Shown: positions 11,490 to 25,077 of the stretch, piece by piece | Position numbering within the stretch: the first letter of the stretch is position 1 | How the letters are laid out: every line of letters starts with the position of its first letter | NCBI GenBank assembly: GCA_051530055.1 | Contig: CM121343.1 | Location: 7,380,044-7,444,043 of the forward strand | DNA from: Neoechinorhynchus agilis | Lineage: Eukaryota > Animalia > Acanthocephala | DNA length: 64,000 nucleotides | Direction: 5' to 3' | The notes under the pieces: generated by a model | What the model was told of the DNA's origin: nothing | Databases searched by the model: none | The model's input: the letters and a program-made list of their open reading frames with translations, nothing else | Translations under genes and position numbers: made by a program

Positions 11490-13766
11490 TCATAAGGACA
11501 GGCAACGTTGTTTGTGGCGTCGCTTGGGATTTGAGCAAGAATAGTCGATGGAATGAGGCCTCTTTAAACCGCTGACAGTTTCATGTTCAATTTTGAAGGA
11601 TTCCGGGTGCAAACACTCAATCTCTTCTGGTTTACACGACTGATTAAATGGTATGCCTTTTGTCTTTTCCTTTTGCAAGATTCGCGGCTCTCTACTTACA
11701 AAGTCGTCCATAAGAAGGAAACATAATTTTTCCCTCACATTCGCGGACAAAATTCTTGTTTTCATAATTGAGAGTAGTCGTTGTTTCAGTTGTAAATGCT
11801 CGCTTAGATTATAATTGAAGTGGCGTTCTATGACAGACGAAGCAAATGATGATCCTTCATCCGTCTCAAAGATTTTTGTCAAAACGGTCAAGTCAAGATT
11901 AGCAAGTACATTCAAAACGATCACTGCGATTTCTTCATCTTCGCACAACGCTTCCATGATAGGACACGCCAAGGTATTCCATTCTAGAGAGCTTCTCCTA
12001 CTTTTAGCAAACTTGCTCCACGCCAGTATTAATCTATATCAAAGGTCCTCCTTTATCTTTGATTTTTAGATCAACAAAAACTCGCTGTTATTAAAAGATT
12101 GGCAATGCCACACGGCGAAAGGAAATTCCTTTAATTATAACGACGACTAAAGTAGCCTCGATCACGAAGTGCCGATCTAGCAGGACCGATGAAGTAATTA
12201 AATCAGGTAATGGAAAATCCTTTGGGACACTAAGCACAATGGACAACAAAGCAACAGCTTTCTCCAATGTTCCATTGAACCTGTGACAAACGCGTATGAT
12301 TTGAGCAAGCAGAATTGAGCATTTAAAGGTAAAAGCAGCTAATGCCACGTTCTTATCGCAAATAAATTGTTCCAAATTCTCGTATTCCTTTGGTTCTTTG
12401 ACATAAGAAAGGCAATCGGATAGCAAAATCCCCGAAGCAGGCATGTCTACTTTGTTCAGAAATCGTGTCGAGAGTTCCTGAATTACGTAACCCCTTAGAG
12501 ATTCGTCTTTTTGGACAAATTTTAGTATGAACGCATGTAGCCTCGAATTAATAGCCCAAGTATCGAAAATTTCTCGGCTACGGAAAAAGTGTTCAACTCT
12601 TCCCCTAAGAACAGCCATGAGTCTTCCTCGATCCACATTCCTTTCGGCTAAACAAGTAATTTCTAGAAGAGCACCCGTCAAAATTGTATCCAAACCAATC
12701 AATTTGGGATTGTCTTGGAACATTTTTGTAACTATCTTACACAAACTATCGTGTACGGCGTGAGACTTTAAGAAACGCGGAGATTGATTGTCTGCCAAAT
12801 TAAGGAGCCATGTCAGGATTTTACGAATCAAGAATGAAACTGATTCGTTGACCAAGAACTCGCTGCCAACATCTAGCAGATCGCGAGCAAGCTGCAAACC
12901 GATGATTTCCGGATCTATACAATCTTCCTCAAAGTCGATAGCTTCCATTTCATTTAGTTCCATTTCGTGTTCTGACAAATCACTGGAGCTGCATGAATCA
13001 CAATCGATCGTCATGCCAGGAACCTGAATTGAAAATCGACAATGAGTATTCGATATATTGACCGTTTGGCGGACTATTGGCTCGATATTCTGTTCGATAT
13101 GGAAATTCGAAGAAACATTAACTGCTTTAGTTTCAGAAGGACGTTGTTGATTTCTCTTATTGATCTCAGTATCTACGTATTTTTCATTATCAATCAGTGT
13201 CATCAATTCGTGTAGAGTCGCTCGTACTTCGATCATAACCGTCTCCGGACATTCACGGCCAAGATATTCGATTTCTTCAAACTCATCAGTAGAATAGTCT
13301 TCACCCGAAATTTCTAGCTTATTCTCTGAGCTTTCCGAACAACATAACCGATTTAAATTATTGCATACTATTGTTAACAGTTGAATTTCCTTTTCCTTCC
13401 TAGTCGAAAATGTACTTCGTAGACGCGAAGGATTGAATATCTCCGAAAAAAAGAATCCTATATTACAAAAGCTAACAAAATAGAATCCTTATCTTAAATT
13501 ATTGACCTCAGTGATGAAAAGGAACCGCTGTCAATACAGTGGAACAAAATTTGACAGAAATTGCGTTTCCGGAGATATCGTTCATAGTCAGGATGCATCG
13601 ATTTAACGATTAATTCAATGAGATCGTTCTTGCGATGACGATGGGACGTCTTCTTAAGTCTCTCAAAGCACAACAGAATATTATCGTCCTTTTGTTTTTG
13701 AATACTTATGCAGTTCGAATCATCCATTCTACAAGTTCGGGAGGGATTAAAGAAGAAAACCGTCAA
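11490..13766 (-). CDS. Uncharacterised multi-exon helical protein; 5' exons unresolved
   Basis: Long ORFs 12091-13455, 11490-12035 and 13494-13766 with helical-repeat-like composition; no family recognised. Confidence 0.65.
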
Positions 13767-15498
13767 TCAATAAGAAGATATGAGTATTTTTCCCTTCTAC
13801 TGATTTTCCAGTGATTTTATCAATATTAAATTAACAATTACAGAGAATTCGCAAGGAAGTGCGGCGATATTTGATGCCATCATTTAGCACATTCAAAAAA
13901 TACTCTACAACAACAACAACCGAATCAATTTTCGGTTACGAAAATCGAGTTCATTTAAGAAAGACGAGCGTAAGTGTGAATTATCATCATTTTTTATCCG
14001 AAATATGATGATTTGGAAGTCTCAATAAAAGCAACAAATGCACGAATAAGTCCAATAAAACAAAGAGTCGTCGTAAAGAAATTTAGCAATTGAATGGCAA
14101 CATTATCTGGATTGGCTGATCTTCATCAAGGAGAAAATCGATAACTCTTTCGTTTGGATACCCAATAAATCAAACATTATTAAGCAAATACGTGAGATGG
14201 CGTCGCTTAGATTCGTCTTGAGGCTGCAGCAAAATAACTATAAATTGGCTGTTTTGACTGGCTCTGAAGATTAGAAATGTTCAGAAGACAGACCTCAATA
14301 AACTTATGTTGTCTAAGACATTTAAGGACAAGGAATATCGATACAATCGATGATGCTAAAAAATTAATCAATAAAAACGAAATATGGAGCAAAGGCGCAA
14401 AAAAGATTCTTTATATAGAGCAAAGAAGTTCATTTAAATGTCTGCCGCTAAACGGAATAATCTTTTCAATATTTGCCGATTTCGATCGATGGGCTCTTAA
14501 TTGCTTGACTGATCAAATAAATGATTCATGCACCCAAGAACAACTACCTGTTTGGCAAATCACCAATAAACGGTGGACAATTTAACCGATGTTCAGATTG
14601 CGAACTTGGTTGTCCATTCTTCCGGCGATTAAGACATCCGGACAATGATCCACATTGGTGACGTCTCATTTTAGTAATCAAATTTCAAGTATCCGATCTA
14701 CTTGTAAATCCTTGGAATTCAAACGGTCCAAGAAGTAAGTTTATTTGAACATAAAACATTTAGTTTATCATCGTTGGATGCTTTCTCATCGTTTAATACT
14801 TCTTAGAGGAACATTTTGATAAAGTTTTCTATCGAAATTCTTTGGTTAATGATTTAAGGAGGATGTTTGTATAACTTAGTTAAAATCTTGCATCCAAATA
14901 TTCCACAAAGTGATCACGGGTTTTATTCGTAGAAATCATTAATGTTTCTATAAGACCAATTAACTTTCAATTCCGCCGACAATTTCACTCTTGAATATAA
15001 GTTCAACATTTATTGTAGGACTTGGCGAAGAAAAATTATAATTTATTGACTTCAATTTTCGGCCTGTTCGCTGTTCAAATAAATTACAATTTTTCTTCGC
15101 CAAGTCCTACAATTTCACTCTGTGTTCTGATCGATACATGAATAATCGGCGACAAAATCTCCTATTGGAAGCCTCGCGTTTAAGTTCATAGGATGACGTC
15201 ATTGGTTCAATCAGTCTTTAGAAATGTCTTCAGCGGATATTCAATCGCCTTAGCAGGTGATTTTCAGAAAGCGATTAAACACGACCGTTGTATATTGGAC
15301 ATTTTTGCAAGAAGATGAACGATAAAATGTGAATTTTATCTTTAGAGAACTAAGATTCATTTGTGACCTTTTCCTAGTTTTTGTGTGTGTTCAAATCGTA
15401 CTTCATAAACGAAGAACGCCATTTAAAAAAGATACGAGAACTTCAGTTGTTCTTATTGTCGCAACTTTTATATTATAAAATATACGTAGGCCGTTAAA

Positions 15499-16330
15499 AT
15501 GATGTTTAAGTTGAAACCGAGTGCGACAAATCGCTTTATTGCAATATCGGCAATCGTGAGGTTGTAATTGTGGGCGTGCTTTGCATTTGTTAGCTTCTTG
15601 TTTCGCTTAAAAGATCAGAACCACCGAAGCCAAAAAAGAAAGTTGATCAAACGGTTGCAAAACTGAGGTATTTTGATTTAAAGTTCAAAAGTATCGATCT
15701 CAGTCCTAATTTAGGGAAGACCGTCGCCGTAAGAGATTGGAAAGAGGAATTCGGAAATTGCAATCTTACAAGAAGGTATTGAAACCTTTGATTGAACTTG
15801 AGCCAGATAGAAAAGTACTAAAAGAGAAAAGGTGAGATATTTGGTTCATTCCAAATAGAAAACAATGTAGGTTTCATTTTTAGATTGAGAACACGTGAAC
15901 AATACAAAGGCTTATCCGAAGAAGAGGAAGATGCCCGGTTAGCTGTTTCAAGACGCTGGCAACAGTATTTGCGAGATCTTCAAACGCAGGAGACCAAGGC
16001 GATGGATAGATGCGTTAGAACATTGGCTCAATACCTAACCGAATGAATCAATGCAATAAACTACAAGAAGAAGCGCTTTACGAATTGAAGTCAATGGATG
16101 TTGCACGTTATGAAGATTGCAAAAAGAGAGATGAGTACCCGATTCAAATGATATGCAACGGTCCATTCGAGTACGGTTCACACGACAACAACTATTATCC
16201 TCCTCAGGGTGATTATGAAGAAATAACTAATGTTTTTGAGAAGGGTTATAAAATAACCGTATTGGATAAGAAAACAATCAAAGAGGAAATGTTTGAACAG
16301 CTAAAACTATCACACAAAAAGAGAAAGTAA
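15499..16330 (+). CDS. MRPL40: Mitochondrial ribosomal protein mL40; exons 15499-15560, 15614-15667, 15715-15831, 15884-16017, 16059-16330
   Basis: RSEPPKPKKKVD, RRKRLERGIRKL, QEEALYEL, YYPPQGDYEEIT align with recalled human MRPL40. Three GT-AG introns plus one 41-nt non-canonical interruption. Confidence 0.85.
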
Positions 16331-16814
16331 ACGAAAGTTTTAAGTAAACAATTTAAAATCAATTTTTATCTTTCTCGTTTTAAATCGTTCCATCAACGTG
16401 CAATTACTTTTCATGTAATAATCAAATCGAGAGCCTACGCGAAGACCGAAAATTATCAAATAAATCAATTATTATAAGGCAATGCTGCTAGCGTGATAGC
16501 GACAGCCGAGGAAAGATAGAAGCTAAGATTTTGCGGACGGTGGTGATTGCATAGTTAATATTGGAATGTATAATAAAACTTATGGCTCTTTAAAAATATT
16601 ATAATAATTCGCTATAAGAAAGTAAAAACTAATGCGCCTTTATCAATATATCCAAGTTATCGTCTATCTAAACCCACCACCTCTCCGAAGATTCTTTATT
16701 AAACTGATGTTGTGGTAGCTGGCATCAGTACATCCAAAAATCTACTGTCGCCGCACAAAATTGGTTTTTTTTATTCAACATAACACGGAAAACGTTAACA
16801 TGAACCTTATGATG

Positions 16815-17320
16815 TCGTTAATGGTCACTACATAGCCCCCTCAAGAGGGTTCTTCCGTTTTTTTGGAAGTCTGCATCGTTTAGGAGGTTGAGCGAGAATG
16901 ACGGGTGATGTTGGATTGGTATACGCTTGTTTGAGGCGGTCTATCGATACGTTCTCTCGTTTTTCACCGAGATCGATCATGAAAAACCTTTCGTTGCGAT
17001 CAAGTACTTCGTAAGGTCCGGTATACGGCGCCTGTATGGGATTCCCATGCTGACCGCGTCTGACAAAAACGAACGATGTTCTGCTGAGAGGTTGTAGTAC
17101 AAACGTCGTCACTTTACCATGGCTCACAACGGGTATGGGCGCAAGAGATTTAACCTTATTACGTAGCCGTTGTAGATGAGTGTGAGAATCGACTTGGCTA
17201 AGTGAAGAATTAAGAAAATCGGCAGGTATGTTGATGGCACTTCCATATTCATGCTCTGCTGCCGAGGAATCAAGGTCGGCATTGGGCGCGGTGCGAATTC
17301 CTAACAAAATCCAAGGCTAT
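16815..17320 (-). mobile_element. Gypsy integrase C-terminal fragment with PPT and LTR start
   Basis: QAPYTGPYEVLDRNERFFMIDLG...VSIDRLKQA followed by gaggggggc-tatgtag. Confidence 0.75.
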
Positions 17321-18156
17321 TCGTCGATCCAATTGTTTCCGCGGAGGCGAGCTTTCAAAACCGATTACAATTATCTTAATGGCGAGAGGTTGAAAAATGT
17401 AGAGCGACGCAAGCTTACTCTGTCCGTGCCGTAGCGAGACCAAAGGAGCGGTCGTTTACTTTAGTGCCAATCGAAGGTATTGATAAATAGTTAAGAAAAC
17501 TACTGGACCATTTTGTTATAAAATAAGACGAGAAAAGCACTTAAAACCAAAGTAAAAAAATCGCAGTGTGAGATGTTGGTTAGTGATAGATCTTATTTTT
17601 TAAGTTTTGGCATTCCTTTATTGTATTCCTAGGTTTTACGAACTGGTGAAAGTTAAAATATACGAAGACCCTCTTTTGGCTTATTTCTTCGAATTATTAA
17701 CGGTTGAATCCAAATGTATCTTAATTATTGTCGTTCAGAATTCTCGATCGCTTTTTCAAGATTCGACAAAAGCAATGATCCGAACTAGATTGTCGTTCAC
17801 CACTTTACAATGTCTTATCGTCGTAACCATTGATGGCCCAATTTTCTCGATCAAATCTCGCACACTTTAGTAGTAACGTTTAACTTAAATATTTAATTAA
17901 ATTTCGACGAATGTATATTGAGTTATCAAAATTGACTTGTCTAAATGGCGCCTTTATTACTTTTAGAACTACACTTTGCAAAATTGCTTTTTATCTTTAA
18001 TCGAACTAGTTTCACTGATTCCATCACGTTTTTAATTTATGCCTTGTAATCGTTTTCTTTAATTTTTAGTATGAAAAATAAATAATCGATCGATTTAGAC
18101 AATTGAAGAATATTTGGTTTAGTTTAATGATTGTATTCGGATGGTGGGACATGTTA

Positions 18157-18675
18157 TTGTTTAGGTCGCTTGTCGACAACACCCGAGGGAGATCGCGTTA
18201 AAGAGACGAATGCACTAAAGTCGACTGATTGAATCCTAGTCATTGTCTGTTTGTTTGATCACACACGCATACTGTTAGTTTATGAGTTGTTTTCTTCAGA
18301 TTGAGTTGATTGGTCTTTCGACATCTTCTTTTGGGCCTCTCGAGCCTTTCGGTTGACTTGCACACATCGGAGGCGCTTAGCCGCACTCGAAGGAACAGTG
18401 CCAACCCCCCTTGGGGCCGATGGGTGATCTCAAACCTGACCCCACCCTTCCAGCAGCCTCGCACAACCGTGGAACCCAGCGACCGGTGGCGTTGAACCTT
18501 CGACATAACGAGCGCATTATGAACGCGCACACCACACGGCCACGGGCCCCCTGTCATTTTCGATTCAATTGTTTGCAAGTGTTTTATTCGCAAACACTTA
18601 CAAACAATTCAATCGAGTGCATTCGTCTCTTTAACGCGATCTCCCTCGGGTGTTGTCGACAAAAGACCTAAACAA
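18157..18675. mobile_element. MITE-like element with ~65-bp TIRs and TA target-site duplication
   Basis: ttgtttaggtcgcttgtcgacaacacccgagggagatcgcgttaaagagacgaatgcact versus its reverse complement ending cctaaacaa; TA at 18155-56 and 18676-77. Solo end at ~49836. Confidence 0.8.
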
Positions 18676-19202
18676 TAAAATATTTGGTTTGTAAGATATT
18701 TCAATGGGGCAAACCGAGCGAAAAATCAACTGTTTAATAGAATGTGGCAAAAAGTAAAGTTCCTTCAATTTAGAATTAAGCTTCTGTTCAAAGAGATTCT
18801 ATGCCTGATTATTTAATATTTTGAGGTAAACTAAATGAAACATAAGCGACAAGACGCGAATCGTTCCTCAAACTCTAAATTCTTGACGGCTGAATGAAAT
18901 TAATCACACGTACGCACGCGTTCATCAGTCTCACTATTTAGTATTTGAGAGTAGTGAGGTTTAAGGATGGGCGCGTCGCAAATGAGCATTGAAATGCGAT
19001 AGATAGAATTCAAATCATAATCAGTCGCTACTTTTTAAAGGGCCTTGTAAAATATCTATGCACACAGTCTTTAGTGTAGTAAACCTCTTTTTTTCTACAC
19101 AGATCATAGCCATGACTTTGGGTCAGGATTAACTACTGGATCAATGGATTCGAAGTAGGAAATCCATAACGTCACAAAGATGGTGAAGGTTGAGAGTGTG
19201 CT

Positions 19203-21983
19203 CTAAACGGAACTGACTGTGATCAAAGGTGAATGGCATTGATCGTCATCGCTGCTAGTAACGTCATCATCATCATCATCATCATCATCGGTAGTAGTAT
19301 CCATGCGTTTGGCACGAGCTTCGTCTGACTCGATTGTTTTTATGTTACTGACCGATCGGGACATCTCTAAAGTACTTATAATGTGTTGAGGTGGCCATTG
19401 AAGGTGTCGTGATCGTTTGTTCCTCCTGTACTGGTGAACGGACGATGAGATCATCATTAGTACCAATAGGATCAAAACCGCAGTTACAGATATCCAGACC
19501 TTTTTAATATAACCTCGACCGGCCATATAGGACTCACGGGATTTTGAGTGAAGTCCATCACTCAAAATCGATTGAGCGATTTGATCTAATCCCGCATCAG
19601 TACATGCATGATTGTCGATCACTCGAATACAATTGACCGATTGCTTACATTGAAACAGAATGTCAACACAGCCTAGAGAGCATTTTGATGTAAGCGAAAG
19701 ATGAACTTGTTACGATGGAACCACTAAGTTCTCTTTTCTTTATTTTTTCCATCCATTCGACAATTTAGAAGCTTTTTATCTGGTGCATAGTACATTAGTG
19801 TGCTTGCTGCATTTGTTTCTTTTGGTGGTGTGATCGGTACAGAATTGCTCTTAAAGGCGGGTAATATTGGAAATATAAGAACCTTAAAGCCAGAACGAAT
19901 AAGAAACAAACGTCTTCCCCCGTGTGGATCAGTACATCGATCAATGACACTTATGAATAGACGCTTTGGCCTTGCCTCTTCTGAAGAGATTTCAATGGAT
20001 AAAGGTAGGTAGTTGGGATCGGTACATTTGGTCTGTGAATGAAGAACTAAAAGTCCAAGTGAAGAATGGGGAAGATGAGTCATATCCCATATACATGATG
20101 AGGTCACTCGAGCAATACTTGGTCCAAGAAGAAGACATTTCTCCGGTTGACTGGTTCGGATAACAGTAATCACCGTTGGTCCGACTGAATCCGATATACC
20201 CATTCTACCAAAACTGCCTATTACTGACACTAGAGTTATCTGACTTACATTAGAAACGCCATCGTAGATGAATGCCGGTACATTGTGCGTAAATGAGTTC
20301 CAAGACCATAAATGATGAGCTGTTGTTGGATTAGACGTATCGAACGCGAATAATTGAAACGGGACGTAGAATGGTTCAATGCCCGATTTTCTAAGCATCA
20401 GACCATCGGAACAATTACTAACATCAAAAACATATCGACATATAATTTCCTGTTTATTTGGAGACCGTGTTTGCAAATGGATCTCAATGGGTTCCACGTC
20501 AGCCGACAAGTTGAATACACTGCCACAATTGGATGGAATGATCGCTCGTAAAAGTCCTTCATACCATGGATATATGTATAATCTAATCTTAAATTCGATT
20601 CTACCAATCGCTCGTACCAGCAATTTGTTTGTCAACATCGAGTCAATAGCTTCAAAGTCAATAGACGCTTCACGAACAGGAGATAATTTAATTGAACATA
20701 AAGACATTTGCTTTGTCTGAAAGACCGTCTCATGCGGTGCACTATATGATCGAGCTACTAGTGATCCATTTAGGACTAAAACACGGAGATCGTTATCTTT
20801 TCCCTTACCTCAGACGCACATGGACAATAACCTCGATTCTGCCCTTTCCAAAATAAAATTTGGTATATTGTTCAGGAGCGTCTGATCTACATCCTTGTAA
20901 ATGTTGTCTTCGAAGGCTTATCCGTGTTCTTCGTCCAGGCAGAAGACTAACTGTGCAGTTGTATGCCAAATGACGTGGCTTAGACCGTGATGAACTTAAA
21001 GTAATACGTTGACCCTTTTCACCGCCATCGATCACTTCATAGTCACAATGAGTTCCACGTAAATGAACTAAGCCTTTTTGCACACTCGGATCGACGGGTA
21101 AAAACCCTGACTCGGCTGTTCCAAGAACATAATGTCCTTTAAACCCGAACCGATTGCTATTCATTGTGAACGTTTTGGTCACGAATTCGATGACCAATTC
21201 ACGTTCTGTTGAAAAAAACACAGGAGGAGAATGAGACACTTGTTCATCGTTACCACAATATGTTCTTTGAAGGAATGTTCCTGATTTAGTAACATCATAA
21301 ATAGAAATCCGATCGAATCCACAATCTCTATCGCTTATCCCTATTTTAAGCAACGTTAGCTTCACTCTGGTTAAAGCAACGAGTCTAAATATACAGACTG
21401 TGTTAGGTAGGTACTGTCCTGGATAAAGTGGAGGTTGGACGTATCCAGTGATCGGGACGTCTTTATACACAAATTCGCATTTTTTGTCGCTGGTGGCAAG
21501 AGGATATAGAGGTGTGTCCACAAACTCATAGGTACCATTGAATCCAGATTCGGTTATTAAATCACGGGAAAGGAATGCGAGTACCAGGACATTTTTTACA
21601 GAAACGAGATGTACGGGTGATACTCGTCGACAGAAACGTCCTAATCGCCCATTAGTTGCCAATGATTGATTTGACAGAACATCAGTCCATTGATCGAGCT
21701 CAACATAAACATCAATGAAGTCATTAAGACATTCAGGTTGAATATCATGGGTATTAAAAGCTTCAAAGTGTAAATGGACGCATTGATTTGGTGGAGCTTC
21801 GAACACATAAAGAATGAAGGAGTTAAGAGCGCTTTGGTCGATGATTGGTGGATAGTTGCGTGGGAATCCCGGTGAGTGGAATACTCCAGGGTTGTTTGAG
21901 GTGTTAAAGAATTCAATTCTCACACTTTTTACGTATTGATTTTGAGATAGAAAAAATAGAGTGACGACCAAAGCAGTTTGCAT
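19203..21983 (-). CDS. Type I membrane protein with N-terminal CUB domains (SOL-1/Neto-like); at least 3 exons
   Basis: Signal peptide, CUB motifs FHSPGFPRNYP and VQPPLYPGQY...YCG, TM helix VWISVTAVLILLVLMMISSSV, acidic tail. GT-AG intron from 20808. Confidence 0.8.
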
Positions 21984-23588
21984 GGATTTGAGTGATCATT
22001 TGAGTGGATCGACGTTGTCAATATTGAGAATTGTATGAATCAGCATTTGTAGCGATTGTTTAGGAGGAGGAGGATAAGAAATTCGTTTGCATGTTTCTTC
22101 TTTAGCTGTATGATTTCGGTGAGGAATAGGGGAGGATTCGTGGATGAGGAGGGAGCGTTGACATTTGCTCTTTCTGGGACTCAGAAATGGAGACACGCAC
22201 CGGGAGAGGGATGTGGAGACAGAAGGTATTTTGTGCTACACGCCTCTATCAGACGCCGGATGATGACTACCGAGCTAGCGTGAAAGCATGTGTCACATTT
22301 CGGTTATTGTACCTTATAATCCATACAATCTCCTCAGATAGTGGATAAAATAATCGGGCCGTTCGAGTAATATTGGTTGCCCGACACACACACACACACA
22401 AATAGAATTGATCGAAACCAACTTACCAACGGCTTAAACGATATCTTAAGCACATGGGACTCATAAATGTTATCACGTCTGCCCATTTAGAGCATCTTCG
22501 CGCTGTCACACACATAATCGCTGAACAAATTCTTGGCTCTATTTTTTTGAGAGAAAAAAACCTAACTATTCACATAAATAGTCGACAAAAGCCACTTTTT
22601 CGTTGCGCAAAAACCCACACACACACATTAAAAACTTTCATTGGTCCAATGACAGTTGACATTGAATTCACGGGCCCTAAAGTGCCACTAGAAACTTAAA
22701 ATCAATCATCTTTGTCAAGTGGGAAATCTTTTTCTTTAGTGCCAAGCACAGATAAGTCTCATGAGATGACAGAATGAAGGGAAAACATCAACAAATACTA
22801 TATTCATATCATTGCTGTTATGCAACTCTGTGCACAAAATTAACGCTTGCATTCGCTATATGTCCACTGGACATCAAATCAACTTAAGAAAGCACTAAAA
22901 ACTGAATAGAATATTAGCAGGTATCGAGCCTTTAATGAAGTCAATAATAAAACTAATGCGATTTTCCCATAACCAAGTAGTTTTGCTTACTTGTTTTTTG
23001 GCGCGTAGAAAAATTGAAATGATTTTTTAGATTCGGAGGCACACAATTTTGTACACCTTTTTAGACAAGGTTGTGCCGAAATATCGGAGTTTAAAATAAA
23101 AAATCATTTCAATTTTTCGCCTTTTTAACAAAAAAAATCATAAAATGGAGGCATTGAAGATCTACTATTGCTCTGAGCTCGAATTCATTTGTACAACCAA
23201 ATATTAGCAAGCACTAAAAGATTCTAATTTCCTTAGTGGATTCGAAACATTAAAACACTCTAAGTTTGTTTGACAGATTTCGCTTCAGCAATTTTCGGAA
23301 CTTAAGAGTTGTATTCTTGCACATTAATTTAAGATTCAGGGTTAGTTCAATTTACCCGAAGAATTCTATACGAAACTTATTGTGCAAATGTTTGAGTGGC
23401 GGACGGCGACAACCTAGGGCGTACCTCATTTACCGTGAAATCAGTGAAAATAATAATTTTTAAAGCTATTGGATCCATACCATTATGTACTGTGTTTTTA
23501 ACGAGGAGCTAAACAAAAGTGCACACACACAAACTAATGAAGGATGATTTGGTATTTGTAGTTTACATTACCAGTTCGAAAATGCCGT

Positions 23589-25077
23589 TTAAAGACATTC
23601 CTGGTACTCCCAGTAATCATTGTCGTATCCATCCCTCACATGATTTAGTAAAACTGTACGCCGTGATTCGCAGTACCTATACGAGTCTTGAACCGTTTTC
23701 TTCAATTCCACAATGTTCGATGGTTTATCTCTTTCTAAATATGAGGAGAGTTCCTCTGTTGCTCGCTCAAGATCAGCTTGGTTCCTCTCGAAAACATCAG
23801 ATTGGTTATTACGTTTCAAATAAAATGCGAAGACGTACGTGTACATGAGTGTTTGTCGGCAGTTCAATAAGACTGTTAAAGTCATTGTTCTCTGGCGGTT
23901 TATAAAGGCACTTCCCGTTAGAGACCAATAAACCTACGCCTTTGCACAAGAACTGTACTTCAATCCATGAATTGCCCGCAGTTTGAAGCTCTTCCATTTT
24001 TCGTTTCATCACTTGCTGAAGTTTGTTCTCGAATTTCAATGAATGTAAGTGATTCACGTATCGGTTATAGTAATGCAAATACCGAAGAAGAGCAGCTCTT
24101 GATTTTTCTTGCTCTGTTTGAGCTCTTTTTGCGTCTTCCTCGTTGAACCGATTACAGCTATACCAAGTGGAACCGTGAGGTTTCCATGGACCCAGACATA
24201 CCCAACAGAACTCATGATGACAAGCTGCGTTCATACAGATTATATGATTGCATCCACCTGCTTTCTCGATGCAAGCTTGACATTTAGGGCACTCCTTGGT
24301 ATGAGCAGCCAACCAATTGGAAGTTTCACTGTCGTCTTTACATCTTTTTAACCATTTTTTAAGCCAATAACATGTTACGGGTTCGTGCCAATCATATCCA
24401 CAATCAAAGCAAAATGCCTTTTTGCATCGACAAATGGCTGCTTCATTAGACAAGCGCTCCAACCGTCGAATGGCTAAATCGCATCCCACGCCTGGACACC
24501 AACGGAACTCTCGGTTGCATTCCACAAAGCTGTTGGTTATCGCTCGGTCGTACATTCTCAGTAGATTGTTCGATTCGCCAGATCCACAGCCAGCAATATA
24601 ACTCACTAAGCCATCATCAATGAACATATTACAATCATCACCAGGGCACGGAATCACTGTACTGATCCCGTCTCTTAAAATCTTTTGACTAATGTAGGCA
24701 AGCCCGCATTCCTTGCAAAAATAGTGGTGACAATCTGCGAACAAAAGTTTTGCTTTGTCTTTAAGTTCATCTTCAGCGGTGAAGCATATGACACAAGTTC
24801 GAATATCGGTACCTTTCATTTCATTGCTCGTCTGATACTGATTGATTAATTGGAATATATGGGCTTCCGCACATATTGACCTCATATCTGTGTCAAAGAA
24901 TCTTTCAAGTAACCTCGCCTTGTCCCATCGGAAATGGTGCAACAAAAGACGCATTATTGTTGGTGCAAGTCCAACTATTTCACGAGTTTCTTCAATCACT
25001 GCGTTCATATGAACCTTTATATCGCCTGAGTCGCATACCATGTACACCACTAATTCACAACCAACAAATGAGGACAC
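23589..25077 (-). CDS. ARIH1: RBR E3 ubiquitin ligase Ariadne-1; 5' exons unresolved
   Basis: RING1 (CVICF...CHHYFCKEC), IBR (WCPGVGC), RING2 ([21 protein letters not shown]), Ariadne domain [11 protein letters not shown]. Confidence 0.93.

Noticed and set aside
14207-14670. Short ORFs upstream of the orphan gene (possible F-box-like exon)
   Set aside because: No consistent exon chain could be built.
19260-19300. (CAT)n tracts here and at ~45890-45925
   Set aside because: They encode poly-Asp in coding exons; ordinary low complexity.
19690-19765. CUB-gene junction with GATGGAA/TTCCATC hairpin as a TA..TA intron
   Set aside because: The nearest TA pair is out of frame and a GT-AG solution exists.
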